Source: an uncultured Kiritimatiellota bacterium
GTDB lineage: Bacteria; Verrucomicrobiota; Kiritimatiellia; RFP12; DVOR01
Reading direction: 5' to 3'
DNA: 64,000 nucleotides
Assembly: GCA_944389545.1 (NCBI GenBank)
Contig: CALXMT010000001.1
Span: 138,682 to 202,681 of the forward strand
In this document: piece after piece, positions 9,603 to 18,012 of the stretch
Position numbering within the stretch: the first letter of the stretch is position 1
How the letters are laid out: the number at the start of each line of letters is the position of its first letter
The notes under the pieces: model-generated
Database searches by the model: none
Seen by the model: the letters and a program-made list of their open reading frames with translations, nothing else
What the model was told of the DNA's origin: nothing
Program-made: the position numbers and the translations under genes

Positions 9603-10592
9603 ATGCGCCTGCTTCCCTTCCTAGCCGCCCTCGTCGCCGCGCCCCTCTGCGCCCTCGACCTCTCCGGCCTCTCCGCCGACAACCACATCGCCGGCCCCGC
9701 AGTCTCCCCCGAGTCCCTCGACGGCAAGGTCGTCGCCATCTACGATTTCGGCCGCTTCTGCCCCCGTTGCAAGGCCGCCTTCCCCAAGGTCGCCAAGCTC
9801 GCCGACGACCTCGCCAAGGAAACCCGCGTCGTCTTCCTCGGCTCCCACCTCCAGGGTCGCGATGACGCCGCCGTCCGCGCCGTCCTCGAGTCCGCCGGGT
9901 GCCCCAATCTCCCCACCTACCAATTCCTCGGCGTCCCCGGCGCGCCCTCCGCCGGCAGCCTCCTCCCCACCGGCTACGTCGTCGGCCACGATGGCGAGGT
10001 CGTCTGGGCCGGCAACACCCTCGAGGACTTCGCCGCCTTCGAAAAGGCCGTCAAGGACGCCATCAAGGCCGCCCCCAAGCCCGTCCCCGGCTCCATCGCC
10101 GACGGCATGGCCCTCCGCTACAACCAGGACTTCGCCCGCCGCCTCATGATCGGCCAGAACATCGAGTCCGCCCTCCGCCAACTCCAATCCCACGCCCGCC
10201 GTTCCGGCCCCGCCGGCGAAGAGGCCCGCGCCCTCCTCACCCGCTGCCAAGACTGGGCGAAGGAGACCGAGGCCGCCATCCGTGCCAACATCGAGACCAA
10301 TCCCTCCCAAGCCCTCGCCGACGGCCAGACCCTCCTGCGCACCCTCCCCTCCAAGGCCGCCGACCTCAAACCGCTCCTCGACCCGCTGATCAAAGATCCC
10401 CGCATCAAGGCCCTCGCCACCTCTCGCCTGGCCCTCGCCAACCTCCGCAAGACCGCCGCGCAGAATCCCTCCCGCGTCAAGTCCTCCGCCACGCTCCAGC
10501 TCCGCCGCCTCTCCTCCATCGCCACGCCGGACGACCCCGACCTCCAGGCCCTCCGCGCCGAATGGCAAACCTTCATCGACTCCCTCCCCTAA
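9603..10592 (+). CDS. Secreted thioredoxin-fold protein (CxxC 'CPRC'), function unknown
   Basis: Signal-peptide-like N-terminus 'MRLLPFLAALVAAPLCA', 'FGRFCPRCKAAF' redox motif. RBS 'gaggagg' 8 nt upstream of ATG 9603 (the track start at 9597 is a TTG). Confidence 0.55.
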   Translation: MRLLPFLAALVAAPLCALDLSGLSADNHIAGPAVSPESLDGKVVAIYDFGRFCPRCKAAFPKVAKLADDLAKETRVVFLGSHLQGRDDAAVRAVLESAGCPNLPTYQFLGVPGAPSAGSLLPTGYVVGHDGEVVWAGNTLEDFAAFEKAVKDAIKAAPKPVPGSIADGMALRYNQDFARRLMIGQNIESALRQLQSHARRSGPAGEEARALLTRCQDWAKETEAAIRANIETNPSQALADGQTLLRTLPSKAADLKPLLDPLIKDPRIKALATSRLALANLRKTAAQNPSRVKSSATLQLRRLSSIATPDDPDLQALRAEWQTFIDSLP

Positions 10593-10594
10593 TT

Positions 10595-10860
10595 AGAAGC
10601 TTAGAAGTTTGGAGGCTTGGAAGCTTGGAGGAGCCCCAGAGGTGGGAGCCCGCCACCAAGTCTAGGACCGCAAAGACGCAAGGGGAGGCGCGAACCGCTT
10701 CGGGCTCCATCGGTCGCTCTGCGGCTTCGCCGCTGACCGCGACCGCCGCCCTCCGTTTCGCGCCTTGCCGCCTTTTATAAAGAGATAAATCGGGGCGTGG
10801 GGTAGAGCCCCACCAAGAAAGCCAAACTTCCAAGCCTCCAAGCTTCCAAACTTCTAATCA
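10595..10860. repeat. Repeat family A (reverse orientation) plus 'gaagcttggagg' units
   Basis: Reverse complement of the 1150-1320 element. Confidence 0.8.
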
Positions 10861-10903
10861 ATTTGCTATTCTATGGGCACGCCGCGGGAGAGCCGCGGCT
10901 TGA

Positions 10904-10918
10904 TTGCGCTTTGCGCAA
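10904..10918. promoter_or_regulatory. Perfect 15-bp palindrome 'ttgcgctttgcgcaa' in the lower-GC leader of the Type ISP RM gene (candidate operator)
   Basis: Read directly from sequence. Lies 185 bp upstream of ATG 11103, next to 'ccgcgggagagccgcgg'. Confidence 0.3.
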
Positions 10919-11102
10919 ACAGGTTGTCTTATCGGAAATTACGACCTTCTATGAGTTAGACAACGTGTTTGGCGAGGTGCGCCGGTATCGGCGCGCCTCC
11001 TTTTCACGTATTAACTCAGGGCCGTCGTAAGCCTCCGATAAATGCGTGAAAGGATGCGCGCCTTTTTTGTGGCCTCGGCCCTGGGCGCGAAGGAGACCGG
11101 CC

Positions 11103-14100
11103 ATGGGCATGACGTTGGATGAGGTATTGGCGCGCTTTCGCGAGGAGGCGCAGGGCAATCTTGCCGCCATGGGGTCGCGCTTCGAGGGGTTGATTCACAA
11201 TCTCCTGCTTTCCCATCCGCTTTATAAGGAAGAGGTGGCGCGCGTGTGGCGCTGGGCCGACTTCCCCGCACGCGGCCAGCTGACGCCGACCGGCACCGAC
11301 GCCGGCATCGACCTGGTGGCCCAAACCCACTTCGGCGACTACTGGGCCATCCAGTGCAAGTGCTACGACCCCGGCACCACCGTCTCCAAACCCGACGTCG
11401 ACTCCTTCCTCGCCCTCTCCTCCAAGACCTTCACGTGGGACACCCGCCCCGTCCGCTTCGCCCAGCGCCTCATCTTCGCCTCCACCGACCGTTGGAACGC
11501 CACGGCGGAAGAAACCCTGCGCAACCAGACCCCGCCCGTGACGAAGGTCGCCTACGCCCAGTTGGCCGCATTGGAGGTCGACTGGGAGGCACTGCTCAAG
11601 GGCCGCGAAGACTTCTGCGTCAAACACGACGCCCGTCCCCACCAACTCAAGGCGATGGCCGCCGCACATACCCACTTCGCCGCACACGACCGTGGCCTCT
11701 TGGTGATGGCGTGCGGTACGGGCAAGACGTTGACGGCCCTGCGTCTGATGGAACAAGAGTTGCCCCAGGGCGGCCTCGTCCTCTTCCTCGTCCCCTCCAT
11801 CGCCCTGCTCAATCAAACCCTCGTCTCGTGGAGCGAGGAGGCGCGTCTGCCGCTCACGCCCGTCTGCGTCTGTTCCGACGCCACGGCCTCCAAGAAGAAG
11901 GGCCGCGACGCCGACACCGCGCCGGAGAGCCTCGTTGACCTCGCCGCGCCGGCCTGCACCGACCCCCGCGTCGTGGCCGTCCATGTCCAGACCGCCCGCC
12001 GCAACAAACCAAACGCCCTCACCGTCGTCTTCTCCACCTATCAATCCATCGGCGTCGTTGAGCAGGTTCAGCGCGAACTGGGCCGCGACACCTTCCCCTT
12101 CGACTTCATCGTCTGCGACGAGGCCCACCGCACCACCGGCATCACCGGCCTGACCAATCCCGATGGGACCCCGGCCAAGGACTCCGCCTTCACCCTCGTC
12201 CACGACAACGCCCACGTCCTCGCCCACAAACGCCTCTACATGACCGCCACCCCGCGTCTCTACGGCGAGGGCGCCAAGAAGAAGGCCCAAGAGAACTCCA
12301 TCGAACTCTGCTCTATGGACGACGAGGCCCTCTACGGCGCGGAGTTTCATCGTCTCGGGTTCGGCGAGGCCGTGGACGAGGGCCTTCTCACCGACTATAA
12401 GGTCCTGGTGCTGACCATCCCCGAGGCCTCCTTCGACCCCGCGATGGTGCAGGAAATCCTCGGCGAGGGCACCGCCCTGGAACCGCAGGACGCCATCAAG
12501 ATGATCGGCTGCGTCAACGCCCTCTCCAAGCAACTCACCAACCCCGACCTCATCCCCCCGAACGACCGCGCCCCCGCCAAACGCGCCGTCGCCTTCTGCC
12601 AAAGAATCTCCTCTTCTCAAGAAACCGCCGAGACCTTCACCAAGACAGGCGAGGTGCTCCAGCGCGTCCTCCCCGAAGACCGCCGCGCCGGCCTGATTGT
12701 CCCCAAGGTCCAGCACGTAGACGGCACGATGGGCGCCTCCCTGCGCAATGAACGCCTGGCCTGGCTCAAGGCGCCGACGGAGGGCACGGAGTGCCGCATT
12801 CTCTCCAACGTCCGCTGTCTCTCCGAAGGCGTGGACGTGCCTTCCCTCGACGCCGTCCTCTTCCTCTCCGACCGCAACTCCGAGATTGACGTGGTGCAGA
12901 GCGTGGGGCGTGTGATGCGCCGCGCACCCGGCAAACTCTTCGGCTACATCATCGTGCCCGTGGTCATTCCCGAAGGCATCAAACCCGAGGAGGCCATGCG
13001 CGACAACAAGCGCTACGCCGTCGTCTGGTCCGTCCTCAACGCCCTCCGCGCCCATGACGACCGCTTCCAAGCGCGCATCGAGCGATTGCGTTTCACCAAG
13101 GCCCAACCCAAGACCCCTCCCGGCACAGACACCGCCGCAATCTCCGGCACCGAAACGATGGGCGGCGACGACGCCGGAATACTCATCGACACTGGTCTGG
13201 GCCAGATGGTGACGGAGAACGGGCAGGACATGATCCCCGGCCTCTTCCCCCTGCCCCCGAACTGGGACGTCGAGTCCCTCCAGCAGGTCGTCTACGCCCA
13301 AATCGTCAAGAAGGTCGGTGAGCGCGACTACTTCGACCAGCTTGCCGCGCAGGTCGCCCAAATCGTCCGCCGCCACGTGGAAGTCATGCGCGAACGTGTC
13401 GCCTCGGATCCCACCGCCGAGACCCACTTCAAGTGGTATTACGAGTTTCTCACACAGGCCATCTACGCCACCGTCTCCTCCGACGACGCCCTCATCATGC
13501 TGGCCCAGCACGGCGTCTCCACGCAGCTCTTCGACATCCTTTTTGGCTCCGACGACTTCTCCCGCCACAACCCCATCTCCAAGGCGATGGACTCCGCCCT
13601 AGGCCTGTTGCAGGACTTGACGACGAAGGAAGAACAAGAGACCCTCGACAAGCTCTACGACAACATCTCCCGCAAGGTCAAGGCCATTTCCGGCGAGCGT
13701 GATGGTGGCCGCTGCCGTCAGGCTCTCATCAAGTCGCTCTACGACACCTTCTTCGCCGCCGCCTTCCCAGACACCGCCGCCAAGCTCGGCATCGTCTTCA
13801 CCCCGCTCGAGGTGGTCGACTTTATCCTTCGTTCCGCAGACGATGCCCTGCGCAAGCACTTCGGCCAAAAGCTCACCGATGAAGGCGTCAACATCCTCGA
13901 CCCCTTCACCGGCACGGGCACCTTCATCACGCGCCTCCTCCAGTCCGGCCTTATCGCTCCCAAGGACCTTCGCCGCAAGTATCGCGAGGAACTCTTCGCC
14001 AACGAGATTGTCCTCCTCTCCTACTATATCGCCGCCCTCAATATTGAGACGGTCTACCACGCACTCGTCGGGCGGTCCACCTATCAGGAATTTCCCGGCA

Positions 14101-15941
14101 TCGTCTTGGGCGACACCTTCCGGATGCGCCAAGTCACCGAGCAGGACACGCTTGATGATGATGCCTTCTCCGCGAACTCCCAGCGCCTCCTGCGCGAAAA
14201 CCGAACCCCTATCTCCGTCATTGTCGGCAACCCGCCCTACTCCGTCGCCAAGGGCGAGGATTATCCGGAGCTGGACGCGGACATCAAGGCCACCTACGTT
14301 CTCGGCTCCTCCGCCATCAACAAGAACTCTCTCTACGATTCCTACATCAAGGCCTTCCGCTGGGCCTCCAACGTCATCGAGAACCCACGCGGCGGCGTCC
14401 TCGGCTTCGTCTCCAATGGCGGGTGGCTCGACTCCAACGCCTGCGATGCCTTCCGCAAGGCCCTTGTCCGTGAGTTCGACGAAATCTACTGCTACAACCT
14501 CCGCGGGAACTGCAACACCTCCGGCGAAGTCCGAAAGCGCGAGTGCGAAGGGATTTTCGGCGAAGGGTGCCGTACACCCATCACCATTCTCCTCCTGGTC
14601 CGCCTTCCCGCCGGCAAACACACCGGCAACGCCACCATCCGCTACCGCGACATCGGCGACTACAAGAACCGCAAGACGAAGCTCGCCGACCTTGCCGCCC
14701 AGCAATCCTTCTTCTCTGCCGCCTGGCTCGATGGCGCCACCATCCTCAAACCCAACGAACACGGCGACTGGATCAACCAGCGTAACGATGCCTTCGGAGC
14801 CTATATCCCAATTGAGCCCGAAAAGAAATTTGACACCAAGAGTCCGTCCTTCTTCGTAACCTTCAGCCGTGGTCTTGCCACCGCCCGCGACCCCTGGTGT
14901 TACGCCTTCTCCGCCAAAGAGGTCCAAGCCAAAATGCAGGCTTCCATCGACCTTTATAATCGTTCCCTAGACGAAGGAACGCCTATCGAAGACCCACACG
15001 TCATCAGCTGGAACCGCTCCTTACTTGGGCATTTTCAGCGTGGCAGGAGGGAGCCGCTCCTACTCCCACGCGTCAGTGTCTATCGCCCCTTCTGCAAGAT
15101 GTTCCAATACTTTTCAGCCTTCTGGAACGACATGATTTACCAAATCCCCAAGCTCTTTCCGACGGGGAAACGCGGAGAGAATCTGGTGATTTGCGTAAAC
15201 GGGATTGGCATGAACAAGCCGTTCGCTTGCCTCATTACGGACATCACCCCAGACATTCAGCTTATGCCCAATGGCCAGTGTTTCCCGCTCTATTGGTATA
15301 CGGAGGGGGAAAGCGACTTCTTCAATAAGAACATGGTGCGACATGATGGGGTGAGCGACTGGGTGTTAGGCCAGGCGCGGAGCCGCTATGGGACGGACGT
15401 GACGAAGGAAGAGATTTTCTACTACGTCTACGGTTTCCTCCATCAGCCGGCCTATCGGGAAACCTTCGCGGCCGACTTGAAGAAGTCCTTGCCGCGTCTC
15501 CCGCTGGTGGAGCGCTACGAGGATTTCAAGAAAACCTCCGACATCGGGCGGCAGTTGGCCACGCTCCACCTCAACTACGAGACGTTGGAGCCCTATCCGT
15601 TGGAAGAGAGGGGCGACTTCTCCGACACACGGGTGATCAAGATGAAGTTCGGCGGGAAGGGCGGAAAAGACCGTTCCATCCTTATCGTGAACAACACGCT
15701 GACCCTGCGCGGCATCCCCGAAGAGGCCTATCGCTACCAGGTGAATGGCCGCAGCCCCATCGAGTGGGCGGTGGACCGCTACCAAGTGCGCCAAGACACC
15801 AAAAGCGGCATCATCAACGACCCCAACCTCTGGGCCCCGGACAACCCGCGCTACATCCCCGACCTCATCAAGCGCCTCGTCACCCTCTCCATCGACTCCC
15901 TCAACCTCATCAACGCCCTCCCACCCTTCACCGCCGAGTGA
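11103..15941 (+). CDS. Type ISP restriction-modification enzyme (single polypeptide: Mrr-like nuclease - SF2 helicase - N6-adenine MTase - TRD; LlaGI/LlaBIII class)
   Basis: N-terminal 'GIDLVAQTHFGDYWAIQCKCY' (Mrr-type D...QxK). Helicase Walker A 'MACGTGKTLTAL' and DEAH box 'FIVCDEAHRTTG'. MTase motif I 'ILDPFTGTGTFI' and motif IV 'VIVGNPPYSVAKGED'. About 450-aa C-terminal TRD-like region. Confidence 0.85.
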   Translation: MGMTLDEVLARFREEAQGNLAAMGSRFEGLIHNLLLSHPLYKEEVARVWRWADFPARGQLTPTGTDAGIDLVAQTHFGDYWAIQCKCYDPGTTVSKPDVDSFLALSSKTFTWDTRPVRFAQRLIFASTDRWNATAEETLRNQTPPVTKVAYAQLAALEVDWEALLKGREDFCVKHDARPHQLKAMAAAHTHFAAHDRGLLVMACGTGKTLTALRLMEQELPQGGLVLFLVPSIALLNQTLVSWSEEARLPLTPVCVCSDATASKKKGRDADTAPESLVDLAAPACTDPRVVAVHVQTARRNKPNALTVVFSTYQSIGVVEQVQRELGRDTFPFDFIVCDEAHRTTGITGLTNPDGTPAKDSAFTLVHDNAHVLAHKRLYMTATPRLYGEGAKKKAQENSIELCSMDDEALYGAEFHRLGFGEAVDEGLLTDYKVLVLTIPEASFDPAMVQEILGEGTALEPQDAIKMIGCVNALSKQLTNPDLIPPNDRAPAKRAVAFCQRISSSQETAETFTKTGEVLQRVLPEDRRAGLIVPKVQHVDGTMGASLRNERLAWLKAPTEGTECRILSNVRCLSEGVDVPSLDAVLFLSDRNSEIDVVQSVGRVMRRAPGKLFGYIIVPVVIPEGIKPEEAMRDNKRYAVVWSVLNALRAHDDRFQARIERLRFTKAQPKTPPGTDTAAISGTETMGGDDAGILIDTGLGQMVTENGQDMIPGLFPLPPNWDVESLQQVVYAQIVKKVGERDYFDQLAAQVAQIVRRHVEVMRERVASDPTAETHFKWYYEFLTQAIYATVSSDDALIMLAQHGVSTQLFDILFGSDDFSRHNPISKAMDSALGLLQDLTTKEEQETLDKLYDNISRKVKAISGERDGGRCRQALIKSLYDTFFAAAFPDTAAKLGIVFTPLEVVDFILRSADDALRKHFGQKLTDEGVNILDPFTGTGTFITRLLQSGLIAPKDLRRKYREELFANEIVLLSYYIAALNIETVYHALVGRSTYQEFPGIVLGDTFRMRQVTEQDTLDDDAFSANSQRLLRENRTPISVIVGNPPYSVAKGEDYPELDADIKATYVLGSSAINKNSLYDSYIKAFRWASNVIENPRGGVLGFVSNGGWLDSNACDAFRKALVREFDEIYCYNLRGNCNTSGEVRKRECEGIFGEGCRTPITILLLVRLPAGKHTGNATIRYRDIGDYKNRKTKLADLAAQQSFFSAAWLDGATILKPNEHGDWINQRNDAFGAYIPIEPEKKFDTKSPSFFVTFSRGLATARDPWCYAFSAKEVQAKMQASIDLYNRSLDEGTPIEDPHVISWNRSLLGHFQRGRREPLLLPRVSVYRPFCKMFQYFSAFWNDMIYQIPKLFPTGKRGENLVICVNGIGMNKPFACLITDITPDIQLMPNGQCFPLYWYTEGESDFFNKNMVRHDGVSDWVLGQARSRYGTDVTKEEIFYYVYGFLHQPAYRETFAADLKKSLPRLPLVERYEDFKKTSDIGRQLATLHLNYETLEPYPLEERGDFSDTRVIKMKFGGKGGKDRSILIVNNTLTLRGIPEEAYRYQVNGRSPIEWAVDRYQVRQDTKSGIINDPNLWAPDNPRYIPDLIKRLVTLSIDSLNLINALPPFTAE

Positions 15942-15962
15942 ACCTCAAAGTGCCTCCGCCGG

Positions 15963-16140
15963 GTCCCGTAAAGGGCCCTTTTCGGACCCCTATAAGGGTC
16001 GGCCTTGGACCACTATAAGGGTTGTCCCTCGACCCTTATAGGGTCTCACCACCGACCCCTATAGTGGTCGACCTCGGACCCTTATAGGGTCTCAGAAAGG
16101 CCCCTTAAGCGTGTCTCCAAAGACCCTTTTTGGGCCTCCA
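15963..16140. repeat. Periodic array of imperfect 15-16-bp palindromes ('gaccc(c)ttata/tataa gggtc') at ~23-bp spacing between convergent gene ends
   Basis: Units at 15985-16000, 16008-16023 (degenerate), 16031-16045, 16055-16070 and 16077-16091 (identical to 16031-16045). Degenerate relatives at 15963-15978 and 16099-16136. AT-rich 'tactatataataagg' at 16147-16161. Confidence 0.75.
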
Positions 16141-16208
16141 GAAGGTACTATATAATAAGGTAAGGGGAAAGGGTCGGTGAGTTTTCCACGAAAACACGAA
16201 GGAGCGCA

Positions 16209-17783
16209 TTAGGCAAGCGGTTCAGCGGCGGTGCCGGTGAGGCGGCGGGTGGCGCCATCGAAGGAGAGGCCGATGAGGTGGACTTCCTTGCCGCTGTGGC
16301 GATAGGGCTCGGCGTAGCCCTTCTCTTTGATTTGGGCGAGAGCCTCTTGGGGCGTGCCATCAACCTTGAGTTCGAAGACGAAGACGCGTTCGGGCGTCTC
16401 GGCGACCAAGTCGGCGCGGCCATGGGACTGCCGATCCTCGGCGGTGACACGGAAGAAGCCGCTGGCGGTCAGCAGAACGTAGAGGATGCGCTGGAAGGAG
16501 AACTCCTGCACGCGCTCCTCTTTGGAGCCGTAGATGAGATGGGCGTAGAGGTCGGAGAGATTGCCGAAGAAGATGTCGAAGTCGGCCTGCTTCAAGGCCC
16601 GGCTGACCATGCTGAGATAGTGGTTGTCTTCCTTCTGTGCAAATTTTTTGACGAGCTGGGCGTTGAAGGCACGGCGGACCTCTTCGTCCGGGATGCCAAG
16701 CGTGAAGACTCCGTCTTGGAAATCTTTGATGGTGAGGTAGCCGCCTTGGTAGAGCATGGCGATGGGGCGGATGTTTTCCAAACCGCAGACGTCCAGGTCT
16801 TCCTCAAAGACATCCTCGACGTTCTCGTAGTCCTTCTCGACGAGTTGGTTGTTTGTGAAGTAGTTGATGACGGTGGAAGTCTGGCCGGTGGAAATCCAGG
16901 TGCCGATGAAGCGACGCTTCAATGCGCCGAGGGTTTGCCCAATGGCAAAGGGATTGTAGACTTTCTCCTCGCAATCCGGAGAGAAACGGTAACCGTTGTA
17001 CCACCAGCGAAGCTTTTCGCGGTAATCCTCGTAGGAAAGGCCCATAACTTCGGCATGGCGGTGCAACGTCTTGCTGAAGTTGGCGCCCAGCTCCTCATCG
17101 GTGTAACCAAGGAGCGTGGCGTAGCGCTCATCCATCGTCAGGTCGGTGAGGTTGTTGAGCGCCGAGAAGACAGAAAGCTGCGTGAACCGCGTCACGCCGG
17201 TCATCATCATGAAGCGGATGTTGCCAACGTTGTTCTTGATTTCGCCATAGAAGGCGGAGAGCTCGGCGCGGATGGCTTTGGCCTTGGCAATGTCGTTCAG
17301 CGCGTGGCCCACGGGCGCGTCGTACTCATCAATGAGGATAACCACGGGTTTGCCACGGTCTTTGGCGAGAAAACGGATTGCGTTGGCGAAGTTGTCATTC
17401 GGAGCCAATGCAGGGTCATAGACGACCCCGGCCTCCTCGAAGGCCTGTTTCACACGTACCACCAACCCTGCGCAGAAACCCTCAAGGGTCTCCACTTTCA
17501 TCGTGCCAAAGTTGAAGTGGAGGACGGGATACTCAGTCCAGTCGTAGTCCATCTGGTCGATGGCAAGGCCTTTGAAGAGCTCGCGTTGGCCGCGGAAAAG
17601 GCACTCCAACGTGGAGAGCATCAGCGACTTGCCGAAGCGCCGCGGACGCGAGATGAAGAAGAAGGAGTCCATCCCACGCGTGACGAGCGGATAGAGCAAT
17701 GCGGTTTTGTCCACATAACGATAGCCATCCTTCCGCATATTGCGGAAGTCATAGGTCCCTTGCGCAATCTTCTCTTCTTCCAT
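16209..17783 (-). CDS. AAA-ATPase-like / PD-(D/E)XK nuclease fusion protein (DUF1703-type), paralog 1
   Basis: P-loop 'ISRPRRFGKSLMLSTLE'. C-terminal 'GRADLVAETPERVFVFELKVDG' (D...ExK nuclease motif). RBS 'aaggag' 6 nt before ATG. Confidence 0.75.
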   Translation of the reverse strand: MEEEKIAQGTYDFRNMRKDGYRYVDKTALLYPLVTRGMDSFFFISRPRRFGKSLMLSTLECLFRGQRELFKGLAIDQMDYDWTEYPVLHFNFGTMKVETLEGFCAGLVVRVKQAFEEAGVVYDPALAPNDNFANAIRFLAKDRGKPVVILIDEYDAPVGHALNDIAKAKAIRAELSAFYGEIKNNVGNIRFMMMTGVTRFTQLSVFSALNNLTDLTMDERYATLLGYTDEELGANFSKTLHRHAEVMGLSYEDYREKLRWWYNGYRFSPDCEEKVYNPFAIGQTLGALKRRFIGTWISTGQTSTVINYFTNNQLVEKDYENVEDVFEEDLDVCGLENIRPIAMLYQGGYLTIKDFQDGVFTLGIPDEEVRRAFNAQLVKKFAQKEDNHYLSMVSRALKQADFDIFFGNLSDLYAHLIYGSKEERVQEFSFQRILYVLLTASGFFRVTAEDRQSHGRADLVAETPERVFVFELKVDGTPQEALAQIKEKGYAEPYRHSGKEVHLIGLSFDGATRRLTGTAAEPLA

Positions 17784-17802
17784 GACCGAACTCCTTGCCT
17801 AT

Positions 17803-17811
17803 AGTATAGCA
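17803..17811 (-). promoter_or_regulatory. Extended -10 element 'TGcTATAcT' upstream of paralog 1
   Basis: Minus-strand sequence '...cgctccttatgctatactataggcaaggagttcggtcATG' read directly. The same element precedes paralog 2. Confidence 0.4.
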
Positions 17812-17819
17812 TAAGGAGC

Positions 17820-17990
17820 GACATCGCCGCCTCGGCACTACCAGCACCAATACTGTCCGTGGAAGTTTACCGCGAAGACGGTCTTGCGTGGAAACCCTAC
17901 GGGCTCCATCGTTCCCGTTGGTGCGCCGCCCTTGGGATTTCCACGCTATCGCACTTTTAATGGAAGTTTGGAAGCTTGGAGGCGCATTTC
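17820..17990. repeat. Dispersed repeat family I ('caatactgtc.gg.gaagtttt.ccgcgaagacgg.cttgcgtggaaaccc..cgggctccatcg.tccc...cgccgcccttgggatttccacgctatcgc') plus 'gaagcttggagg' unit
   Basis: Copies at 19650-19800, 30990-31110, 45785-45930, 48380-48490, 53790-53900 and 55660-55800. Confidence 0.8.
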
Positions 17991-18012
17991 CACGAAAACA
18001 CGAAGGAGCGCA

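Noticed and set aside
11016-13568. Long antisense ORFs in the track (for example 1388-3025, 6395-8533, 11016-13568, 32867-35803, 50161-53787, 36024-38180, all minus strand)
   Set aside because: These lie opposite confidently identified genes (recN, nuclease, Type ISP, ClC, PFOR). Their products are low-complexity Gly/Ala/Arg-rich. Such open frames are expected in 70%-GC DNA because stop codons are AT-rich.
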